DNA of 64,000 nt, from assembly GCA_934271715.1 (NCBI GenBank), contig CAKQRZ010000006.1, forward strand, positions 30,218 to 94,217, given 5' to 3'. A model generated the notes under the pieces. That model had not been told where the DNA came from and did no database searches. It worked only from the letters and a program-made list of their open reading frames with translations. Shown piece after piece: positions 31,584-39,139 of this stretch; positions within the stretch are counted from its first letter, which is position 1; every line of letters begins with the position of its first letter. This stretch comes from an uncultured Alphaproteobacteria bacterium. Its GTDB lineage: Bacteria; Pseudomonadota; Alphaproteobacteria; RF32; CAG-239. Both the position numbers and the translations under genes were made by a program.

Positions 31584-32342
31584 TTATACCAAGTCAAGAT
31601 ACAAAACAAATGAGCATGTCTCCGTAGCACAGGTTTTGCAAAACGCATCCAACTGCACCGGTGTCAGATTATAAAAACACCGGCGCGAGCCTTTGCATTG
31701 TTTTTTACCCCAAATTACATTGCTGACTTCATAACCTGTTGCGCTGTCTGCCCTATTTCTCATCTGTAAGTTGTCAATATTCTCGTCAAACTCAGCTATC
31801 GCTTTCACTAAATTGCGGCATTGACTTTCGGTTCCTTTATTAAAAGCTGAACCGCTGTAATTCAACACAATGCCAAAATAGCATTCCGGAGCAGAGCAGC
31901 GCACCCATGTTCCGTCACTTTTCAAGCATGAGCCTAAACCATAAAAAGAAGAAAAAGTGTTGCCATAAACATCATGCAGCCGGTTTTCATCTAAGCTCAT
32001 GCCGGCAGGAATCCTGTCTAAATCGTTCAGTATGGCAATAACTGACCAATGCCCCTGCGGATTTTGTTTAACCATATCCGCCATATCTTTTTGAATTTCT
32101 ATGGTATTGTAAAGCAGCATACTTATCTGCTGCATCTGCTTATTGTCCTTAAACATCCCCATGGCTTTACTATAACCTGCAATCCCGCCGACAGATAATA
32201 CGCCGATAATAGCAAGAACTCCAAGCATTTCTATCATGGAACGCCCCTCGCTGCTGGCGTCATTGCAAGAAATGTAACGACGAAGCAATCCATTACCCTC
32301 GCCCCTATTCTTTCCTCTTAAAAAATTCATACTCTCCAACAT
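31584..32342 (-). CDS. type IV pilin/pseudopilin-like protein, paralog P2 (34-aa leader)
   Basis: AGGAGA RBS 9 nt upstream of the ATG. Leader MLESMNFLRGKNRGEGNGLLRRYISCNDASSEG, then RSMIEMLGVLAIIGVLSVGGIAGYSKAM. C-terminal C-x5-C-x12-C-x2-C-x4-C. Confidence 0.75.
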   Translation of the reverse strand: MLESMNFLRGKNRGEGNGLLRRYISCNDASSEGRSMIEMLGVLAIIGVLSVGGIAGYSKAMGMFKDNKQMQQISMLLYNTIEIQKDMADMVKQNPQGHWSVIAILNDLDRIPAGMSLDENRLHDVYGNTFSSFYGLGSCLKSDGTWVRCSAPECYFGIVLNYSGSAFNKGTESQCRNLVKAIAEFDENIDNLQMRNRADSATGYEVSNVIWGKKQCKGSRRCFYNLTPVQLDAFCKTCATETCSFVLYLDLV

Positions 32343-32358
32343 CTTATTTCTCCTATTA

Positions 32359-32534
32359 TGTGTAAAAAAAACGACCGTTATTTTTACACACTCTAAACAA
32401 GATGTTGAAAACTCTCTTAAATAGGCAAAAAATATCGCAAATATAAAAAGTTATTGCAAATTCTGGCAACCTTTGCTAGACTATAAAAAACAACTTAAAA
32501 ACTGTCCATTTTAAACGGTCGTTTTTTTTACACA
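32359..32534. promoter_or_regulatory. candidate invertible promoter (or MITE-like element) X: perfect 21-bp inverted repeats flanking 134 bp
   Basis: IRL tgtgtaaaaaaaacgaccgtt at 32359-79 has its exact reverse complement at 32514-34. Inside is TTGCAA (32454-59), a 17-nt spacer, then TAGACT (32477-82) on the + strand, pointing away from P2. Confidence 0.5.
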
Positions 32535-32605
32535 CTTTTCGACATTCCAAAGCTTTGATTTTACTAAACTAAAATTATCTTTGATTGAATGCCTAACTAT
32601 TAAAG

Positions 32606-33694
32606 CTATTCCGTCAATAATTTTTCATATTGTTCCGACAAGCAATAGGTACGGTTTTTCTTTGCCTTATTCGCCATTTTTAAGAATTCGGCTTCAACCC
32701 ATTTATTTAGCAGCAGCCTTGCCGATTGTGAGGACAAGCCTAAATATTGCCCAGCTTGATTAGAGGTAATTTCTTTATACTCAGTAAATAATTCAAGAAT
32801 TTTCCGCTGTTTGATATCAAGATTTCTCAACATCGGCACTATATCTGCCGTTGTCTTATTATTTTGTTCGGCGGATGCTTTAATATCTATATTAGCAAAG
32901 GCTTCTGATACGCCTTTTATAAAATATTCCAGCCAAGAAGTTATATCTGCATTATTACGTCCATAATAATAATTATGATGCGGATGAGTCACTAATGCGT
33001 TATAATAATCTTGCAAATTCTTAGCATAATATTCTTCAAGCGAATAAATGCCTTTTAACCCATATCCGTATTTCCGCATTAAATAGCTTGTGACTAACCG
33101 GGCTGTTCGTCCGTTGCCGTCATAATATGGGTGTATCGTCACAAATTGATAGTGAAAAAGTCCGGCTATAATCGGTATCGGCAGGATATCTGCATTATTC
33201 TTTACCCATTTTACCAAATCTTTCATTAGACTCGGAACATCTTTGGCTTCGGGCGGCAAATATATCATTGCCCCATCAGAACTGTCATATATTACATTCT
33301 GCCCGTCACGATAAGGAATAGTCTTTTTCTGGTTTTCTATAATTGTATGTATTTTCTGGATAAAACTTTCAGAGAACGGTTCATTTATTTCTAAATATTT
33401 TTCCATATAGTTAATTGCTGCATAATACGCTTTCACTTCCTTTTCATCATGTCCTTGATAATCATTTGCAGATTTACTGCCGGAATATAATGCGGTTTCA
33501 ACCTGCTTAAAAGAAAGATTATTGCCTTCAATTTGCGTAGAATAATGAGTTTGGGCAACTTTAGCCGATTTATGCAATGAAGATAAAATAACCGGAGACA
33601 GCCGCTTATCCTCAAAACCATTCTTAACCACTTCAATTTTTGTAAGATTAGAAAGAATATTTTTAGTAATTGTATATTTAGGCATCCAGCTCAT
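32606..33694 (-). CDS. Fic-family protein (class II-like, with internal inhibitory motif) and C-terminal wHTH-like region
   Basis: Fic motif HPYYDGNGRTAR. N-terminal STQIEG matches the (S/T)xxxE(G/N) inhibitory helix. GGAG RBS upstream of the ATG at 33694. Confidence 0.85.
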   Translation of the reverse strand: MSWMPKYTITKNILSNLTKIEVVKNGFEDKRLSPVILSSLHKSAKVAQTHYSTQIEGNNLSFKQVETALYSGSKSANDYQGHDEKEVKAYYAAINYMEKYLEINEPFSESFIQKIHTIIENQKKTIPYRDGQNVIYDSSDGAMIYLPPEAKDVPSLMKDLVKWVKNNADILPIPIIAGLFHYQFVTIHPYYDGNGRTARLVTSYLMRKYGYGLKGIYSLEEYYAKNLQDYYNALVTHPHHNYYYGRNNADITSWLEYFIKGVSEAFANIDIKASAEQNNKTTADIVPMLRNLDIKQRKILELFTEYKEITSNQAGQYLGLSSQSARLLLNKWVEAEFLKMANKAKKNRTYCLSEQYEKLLTE

Positions 33695-33782
33695 CTGCAG
33701 TCTCCGATAGTTTATGATTATAATATGATTAAATAACGAATAAATCAATAATAATTTAAGTTTATCTGAAATATTTTTACAT

Positions 33783-33810
33783 TTGACTTATTGCTACATT
33801 AGCCTATAAT
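33783..33810 (+). promoter_or_regulatory. sigma70-like promoter of the P3 cassette
   Basis: TTGACT, 16-nt spacer, TATAAT, about 36 nt upstream of the GAGGAAAG RBS and the ATG at 33847. Confidence 0.55.
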
Positions 33811-33870
33811 AGTAATATCAATTAACCTAAAAATGAGGAAAGAAAGATGAAAAATAAGCTATTCAAAGGT

Positions 33871-33884
33871 CTCTCTCTCTCTCT
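33871..33884 (+). repeat. (CT)7 dinucleotide tract in the 5' coding leader of P3
   Basis: Counted directly: ggt ctctctctctctct gca. Confidence 0.95.
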
Positions 33885-34010
33885 GCAAATCCTAAACATC
33901 TGATTAAAGGCGTATTTTTTGCCGCTCAGCGTGTTTTTGCAGAGTTCAGCGCAAAAAATCACACATTCGGAAATAACAAGTTCAGTAGCAACTCTATAAA
34001 GAGTTCTGGA

Positions 34011-34691
34011 TTGCTTCGTCGTTACACTCCTCGCAATGACATTTGCTCGGCTGGTCGCAGTATGATTGAAATGCTCGGCGTTCTGGCGATTATTGGTGTA
34101 CTGAGCGTGGGCGGAATTGCTGGCTACTCCAAAGCGATGGAAAAGTTCAAGCTCAATAAAATCATCGGTGAATATAATCAGCTTATTATGTGGATTTTGG
34201 AAAATCAGCTAAGCCTGAAAAAATTAGAAGACAAGACAAAACTTGCAAATGTTATTATCGCCGCAAATGTGCTGCCTGCCGACTGGTCAGCTGTTACCGA
34301 TACATATTTGTCTGACGGCAAAGGAAACTTAGTACACGCCTATGTAAATCAGGGAAAATCACTCTATAACCTACAACCGCGGATAACCATTGATTTCAAC
34401 TTAGGCGGACTATCGGGAGATTTAACCGATAAAAATGCAGATATTTTTTCTACAAACTTTTCTGATAAACTTTGTTTTGAGCTTTTTAATAATTTGGTAA
34501 AACCTTTGCACTCGCAAACCATTTACGGATATGTATTTAAAAATCACAATCCGATTATATATTGGGGAGACGCCTACTGCGGACAAACTACCGGAAAATG
34601 TTTGAACAACATAACTCTAACAGAAATAAAAGAAATTTGCAGTTCCTGTGACAAAGAAAATGAGCGCTGCAATGTAACAATAGGTTTTTAA
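34011..34691 (+). CDS. type IV pilin/pseudopilin-like protein, paralog P3 (frame is open upstream to 33858; the ATG at 33847 is out of frame across the CT tract)
   Basis: ...CSAG then RSMIEMLGVLAIIGVLSVGGIAGYSKAMEKFK. C-terminal C-x6-C-x12-C-x2-C-x6-C. A possible TTG start at 34011 has a weak AAGAG Shine-Dalgarno sequence. Confidence 0.72.
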   Translation: MLRRYTPRNDICSAGRSMIEMLGVLAIIGVLSVGGIAGYSKAMEKFKLNKIIGEYNQLIMWILENQLSLKKLEDKTKLANVIIAANVLPADWSAVTDTYLSDGKGNLVHAYVNQGKSLYNLQPRITIDFNLGGLSGDLTDKNADIFSTNFSDKLCFELFNNLVKPLHSQTIYGYVFKNHNPIIYWGDAYCGQTTGKCLNNITLTEIKEICSSCDKENERCNVTIGF

Positions 34692-34704
34692 CACAATAAT
34701 ACCA

Positions 34705-34756
34705 TAAAAAAAATTGTAATATAACAGCCTTTGCGGCGCTATATTACAATTTTTTG
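34705..34756. terminator. bidirectional terminator
   Basis: 12-bp stem aattgtaatata / tatattacaatt with flanking A and T runs. Confidence 0.65.
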
Positions 34757-34773
34757 TGCATGCCGTATTGTAA

Positions 34774-35340
34774 TTATTTTACATTTTTACGGATAACTTT
34801 TTTCTTTGTATCTTTTTTGCTATGGACCGCAGAAATAACTAAAGCATTTTCCAAATCTTTTTCAGTACAAAGTCCTATAGCAACCGGATTTTTCGGTTTC
34901 AATTCAGACATATCCGAATGTTCACCATCACGAATTTTAGCTATGGTCGGTTTTGTTGTTCCCACAAGTTTACAAATTTGCGAATCCATAATTTCAGGAC
35001 AATGTTTCAAAATCCACAAAATAGCGGCAGGTTTATCGCTGCGCTGAGACGGAGACAAAACTTTTTTAGCTTTAGCGTTACGCTCTTTGACATTTTTTTC
35101 CAAAACATTGGCAACCAGTTCGGCTTTTGGGTCTGCCTCACAGCGGCGGATTTCTTCCCAGCTGAGCTGTCCGTTATTGATAGGGCTCATTCCCTGAATA
35201 TTATAGGCAATATCTCCGTCTGCAATAGCCTGAATTTCCAATTCATGAATTTCACAGAATTTGGCAATTTGATGAAATGTCAAAGTTGTGTTATCCACCA
35301 ACCATACAGCAGTTGCTTTCGGCATTAAAGGAGCGGTCAT
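34774..35340 (-). CDS. DUF1013-family protein (alphaproteobacterial cell-cycle regulator-like)
   Basis: PLMPKATAVWLVDNTTLTFHQIAKFCEIHELEIQAIADGD, recognised from memory of the DUF1013 family. Confidence 0.7.
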   Translation of the reverse strand: MTAPLMPKATAVWLVDNTTLTFHQIAKFCEIHELEIQAIADGDIAYNIQGMSPINNGQLSWEEIRRCEADPKAELVANVLEKNVKERNAKAKKVLSPSQRSDKPAAILWILKHCPEIMDSQICKLVGTTKPTIAKIRDGEHSDMSELKPKNPVAIGLCTEKDLENALVISAVHSKKDTKKKVIRKNVK

Positions 35341-35471
35341 TATTCAAATCCTTTCATAAACAAAACATTTTTTCTTACAATAGACATAGTTGCGGCAAGA
35401 TACAAGTAATTTTTTTGGTTATAAACGCAAAAAGCCTGCAAAAAAGCAGGCCTTTGCCATAAATTTACAAA

Positions 35472-35702
35472 TTAGTTGCTAGATTTCAAACCGAAAGCGC
35501 CAAATTTGCTGTTGAAACGACCAACGCGGCCGCCTGTATCTACAACGCGGCGGATACCAGTCCAAGCCGGATGAGATTTAGGGTCAATTTCCAGCAGCAT
35601 TTTTTCGCCGGCTTTACCCCAAGTAGATTTGGTTTTAACTTCAGTTCCATCTGTCATCACATATGTAATCTCGTGATAATCAGGGTGAATTCCTTTTTTC
35701 AT
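35472..35702 (-). CDS. rpmE: 50S ribosomal protein L31
   Basis: [12 protein letters not shown]..., with a GGAGA RBS. The upstream TTG extension was rejected. Confidence 0.93.
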   Translation of the reverse strand: MKKGIHPDYHEITYVMTDGTEVKTKSTWGKAGEKMLLEIDPKSHPAWTGIRRVVDTGGRVGRFNSKFGAFGLKSSN

Positions 35703-35813
35703 TTTTATCTCCAAATAAAATACTTTATATAGTTTTTACGCTTTTATACATTAAGCAAACAAAATACGCAAGTATTATTTTTACTTATTTTTACTGTTTT
35801 TTAAATTTTTTTG

Positions 35814-36596
35814 TTATTTTGCAAAAGTATCAGCAGCTTTTTTGCGCAAAGCTTCGTTTGAAGCGATTAAGGCACCGCCGAATAAAACTTTGGCAAAGTC
35901 TTCGGAACGCACATCGGTTTCGCCCAAAGCCACAATATAGCCGCCTGCTTCTTTAACCAAAAGCATACCCGCGGCAATAGTCTGCGGCAAATTGTCGGCA
36001 GAAGCGACAATATCCAGCTTTCCGGCAGCTAAATAAGCCAAATCCAGCGAGTTTACACCTTTTACCTGTACATTTTTGCTTAAGCTCAAAGCTTTTCTAA
36101 ACAATTCGGCGTCAGCGCTGCTGCCAATAAGAGCCTGTTCGGCAATTTTAGCTCCGGCCACGCGCAAGCGCTCGTGACTGCGAAAACCTTCTTTGAATGC
36201 GCCGCAGCCTTTTTCGGCAAAAAACAATTCATCATAAACCGGACTATAAATCACGGCGTCTACGACCACGCTGTTTTCCACCATAGCCACCGAAACAGCA
36301 AAATTGCCGTTACCATGAGCAAAATTGGCGTAACCATCAATCGGAGCAACCAAAAAATAGTTGCCGCTGGCCGGAATGGTATCTTCTTTTTTGCTGATAA
36401 AAGCGTAAGCCGGTTTTAACTTAGCCAGTTCTTCTTTAAGAGTTTTTTCTACTTTTTCATAAGAACGCTGAGCAAAGCGGCCATCATTGTGGCCGGATTG
36501 CAGATGTTCCAATTCATTAAAGTCGCGCGATAAGGCAATAGACGCTTTTTTTACAGCGTTTGCCATGGCGGTCAATGCAGTTGAAATATAAGCCAT
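35814..36596 (-). CDS. suhB: inositol monophosphatase family protein (SuhB-like)
   Basis: 260 aa with IMPase-like motifs (APIDGYANFAHG, the WxxDPIDGT equivalent). TAATG overlap with efp. Confidence 0.8.
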   Translation of the reverse strand: MAYISTALTAMANAVKKASIALSRDFNELEHLQSGHNDGRFAQRSYEKVEKTLKEELAKLKPAYAFISKKEDTIPASGNYFLVAPIDGYANFAHGNGNFAVSVAMVENSVVVDAVIYSPVYDELFFAEKGCGAFKEGFRSHERLRVAGAKIAEQALIGSSADAELFRKALSLSKNVQVKGVNSLDLAYLAAGKLDIVASADNLPQTIAAGMLLVKEAGGYIVALGETDVRSEDFAKVLFGGALIASNEALRKKAADTFAK

Positions 36597-37159
36597 TATT
36601 TTGCTCTTTCAACATAGTTAGCTTCAGAAGTGCCAACCACAATTTTGTCGCCCACGCCGATAAACGGAGGAACAGTTGTGCGCACGCCGTTGTCCAAAAT
36701 AGCCGGCTTGTAAGAAGAAGAAACGGTTTGACCTTTAATCACAGGTTCGGTTTCAACCACTTCGCAAACAACCTGCAGCGGCAAATCAACAGAAATAGGA
36801 CGGCCGTCGATGTAAGAAACTTTAACGCTCATACCATCTGTCAAAAACGGACGAGAATCGCCGAGCAAATCAGACGGCATGGTAAATTGTTCAAAAGTTT
36901 CGGATTCCATAAAGGTCAAGCCAGTAGAATCTTCAAACAAGAATTGGCAGTCTTTGTCTTCTACCATCAATTTTTCTACAGTATCTTCAGTTCTGAAACG
37001 TTCATTAGTTTTTGTTCCGGCTTCAACTTCTTTCATTTCCACCTGCATAAAAGCACCGCCTTTACCCGGTTTAATGTGTACAGCTTTGGTAATTGTCCAC
37101 GGTTTGCCCTTATATTCAATAACCCAGCCAATTCTAATTGCTCCAGCAAGTTGTTTCAT
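36596..37159 (-). CDS. efp: elongation factor P
   Basis: HIKPGKGGAFMQVEMK motif, 187 aa. Confidence 0.96.
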   Translation of the reverse strand: MKQLAGAIRIGWVIEYKGKPWTITKAVHIKPGKGGAFMQVEMKEVEAGTKTNERFRTEDTVEKLMVEDKDCQFLFEDSTGLTFMESETFEQFTMPSDLLGDSRPFLTDGMSVKVSYIDGRPISVDLPLQVVCEVVETEPVIKGQTVSSSYKPAILDNGVRTTVPPFIGVGDKIVVGTSEANYVERAK

Positions 37160-37230
37160 ATTTTATCTCCTATTTACAATGTTAAAAATGATTATTTATT
37201 TTTGATGTTTGCAACATAAACCAACATTTT

Positions 37231-37755
37231 TTATTTCGCAACAAAAATCTTATAGGAAGTATCGCTTAAAATCACAAAATCCGCCGGTAAATTTGACACA
37301 TCGGCATCATCTTCTGGCATTACCGCACTTTGAATCAAGAAAAATTCGCCGTACCATTTCAGCAGTTCGGCATTGGCGGCGAATCCGTCTTTCCAAAAGC
37401 GGAAGATAATAAAATCCGGTTCGCATTCACTAACCAACATGGCTTCATGCCGGCGATTGCGGCAAATAGCTCCCAACAAAGCTTTTTTGCATTTTGCTTT
37501 AATTTCTTTGATTTTTTTAGCAGGATTTTCATCTTTTGATGTGTCAACAATCAAGCCATCGCCCAATTTTTGCAAATATAAATCGGCGGCTTTTTCGCCG
37601 GAGAGCAACGTAAGTTTTCCGGCAGTTTTAGCCTTGGCGCAAAAGTCCGCAATAAAGCTTTGCGGCAGCGAATCGGGCAAAATAAAACATTGCAGTTTAG
37701 AATCGGCGATAAGGTCTGTATTTTCCTGAGTAATTTTAATGATTAAGTTTTGCAT
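37231..37755 (-). CDS. hypothetical protein (possibly ThiE/TenI-fold)
   Basis: ORF with an uncertain start. Only faint resemblance to thiamine-phosphate synthase-like proteins. Confidence 0.35.
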   Translation of the reverse strand: MQNLIIKITQENTDLIADSKLQCFILPDSLPQSFIADFCAKAKTAGKLTLLSGEKAADLYLQKLGDGLIVDTSKDENPAKKIKEIKAKCKKALLGAICRNRRHEAMLVSECEPDFIIFRFWKDGFAANAELLKWYGEFFLIQSAVMPEDDADVSNLPADFVILSDTSYKIFVAK

Positions 37756-37835
37756 TTTGACATTCTTTATGTTAGCTATTAAATATAATGTCAAAAGTAT
37801 ATAACAAATTGCAATAAAGGAAAGTCTTTTTTATC

Positions 37836-38477
37836 ATGGAAACAGAAAAATTGGAACAAAGCAAAAATTCTTTGGAACGTTTGAAAAAATCGGTTGATGA
37901 ACTTATTGAAATTGTACATAAGCAGCAAGCCGATTTTGCACAGAAACTGCAGGCAGAACAAGGCAAAACAGCGTTAGAAAGCGCTAAAGCCGAAGTTTTA
38001 AGCAGCGAAAATGAAAAGCTTAAAGCTGAATTGGAAGCCGCTAAAAACAATACGGAAAATGAAACCCGCATGCAGCAGATGCAGAATGAAATTGAAAACA
38101 AGGCGGCCAAAATCGGCAATCTGCAAAATGAAGTGCAGAATCTGAACAACGCCATAGCGAATCGCAAAACTCAGCTGGAAGAGCTGGAGGCTAAAAATAA
38201 AGAACTGCAAGAGCAGCTGGAAGAAGCCAACGGACGGGTTTTGACTTTGGAACAAACAAGTTCCGCCGGCAGCACAGAGCTTGAAGAACTAAAAGAGCAG
38301 CTGGTCGCCGAAACTCTGCAAAAAGAAGATTTAGCCCAAAAATGTCAGGATTTTGAAGCTAAACTGGCGGAAATGCAAACAACAATCAGCCAAACCTCGG
38401 AAAATATTGACGATGTTGTGGCCAGACTGGAAAAGGTGTTAGAAGAAAATGGGGCAAGTTACAATAACGATAGATAA
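37836..38477 (+). CDS. coiled-coil protein upstream of zapA
   Basis: 213 aa with an E/K/Q/L-rich heptad-like sequence. Overlaps the zapA start. Confidence 0.6.
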   Translation: METEKLEQSKNSLERLKKSVDELIEIVHKQQADFAQKLQAEQGKTALESAKAEVLSSENEKLKAELEAAKNNTENETRMQQMQNEIENKAAKIGNLQNEVQNLNNAIANRKTQLEELEAKNKELQEQLEEANGRVLTLEQTSSAGSTELEELKEQLVAETLQKEDLAQKCQDFEAKLAEMQTTISQTSENIDDVVARLEKVLEENGASYNNDR

Positions 38478-38769
38478 GCGCGAATACGCTATTACCTGCG
38501 AGGACGGCGAAGAAGCTCATATTATCAAGCTTTCGCGTATTCTTGACGCCAAAGCAAAACTGTTGTCGCAAAGCATTGGCTTGGTAAATGAAAATATGAT
38601 GCTGGCTATGGTCGGTTTGCTGCTGGCCGATGAAAATCAGGATTTACGCACCAAAAGCGGCGGAGTTTCGGATGATGAAATCAAGCAGCTGGACTCTGCC
38701 AACGCTCAAGCCATAGACAGCGAATCGCAAAGAATCCACAGCTTGATTCAGAGTATTGAGCCATTGTGA
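38449..38769 (+). CDS. zapA: cell division protein ZapA
   Basis: VTITIDKREYAITCEDGEEAHIIKLSRILD, typical of the ZapA N-terminal domain. Confidence 0.85.
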   Translation: MGQVTITIDKREYAITCEDGEEAHIIKLSRILDAKAKLLSQSIGLVNENMMLAMVGLLLADENQDLRTKSGGVSDDEIKQLDSANAQAIDSESQRIHSLIQSIEPL

Positions 38770-38842
38770 TTTTACTATTGAAAATCTGTTTTTTCTGCTT
38801 GAAAACGCGCAGTTTTTACGATAATATTATTATATAAATAAA

Positions 38843-39033
38843 GACTGTCTGATGCGTCATCACCGCATGTCTTTCCGGCCAACATTATTTTTTAGGGAGC
38901 TGTCTCTGTCTAAATCGTGGTTTAGTTATATGGCACCCACCTTGTACAAGCGGTTCGGTAGAGAATGTTCTCGGATACGGTCAGACGGTCGCAGATTTGG
39001 CACCGCCCTTTTGGGGCGGTGTTTTTCTTTTTT
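38843..39033 (+). ncRNA. ssrS: probable 6S RNA
   Basis: Located immediately after zapA, as in E. coli. Closing helix gactgtctga (38843-52) with tcagacggtc (38981-90). Internal caccttgtacaagcggttcggtag resembles the conserved E. coli 6S segment CACCUUGAACCAAGGGUUCAAGG. Terminator caccgccc-tttt-ggggcggtg plus a T-run at 39001-33. Confidence 0.6.
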
Positions 39034-39139
39034 ATACCCTCCCACAACAAAAACACTCCGCCGCATTGGGGTGCGGCAGAGTGCAGATATAATTAGGATT
39101 TTTTATTTATTTTATATTTTCCATCACCTCCTTATAAAA

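Noticed and set aside
32359-32390. The IRL local hairpin (gtgtaaaaa...tttttacac) considered as a simple rho-independent terminator.
   Set aside because: The stem is AT-only and not followed by a U-tract in either direction. It sits between promoter-less DNA and an RBS at two loci with identical spacing. A recombination or regulatory site, or a MITE end, explains it better.
33871-33884. The CT tracts considered as incidental microsatellites or sequencing artefacts.
   Set aside because: The same tract occurs at the same codon position of three diverged paralogous cassettes, each flanked by a conserved promoter, RBS, ATG and a downstream open frame. Dinucleotide runs of 14-16 nt are not otherwise seen in this window.
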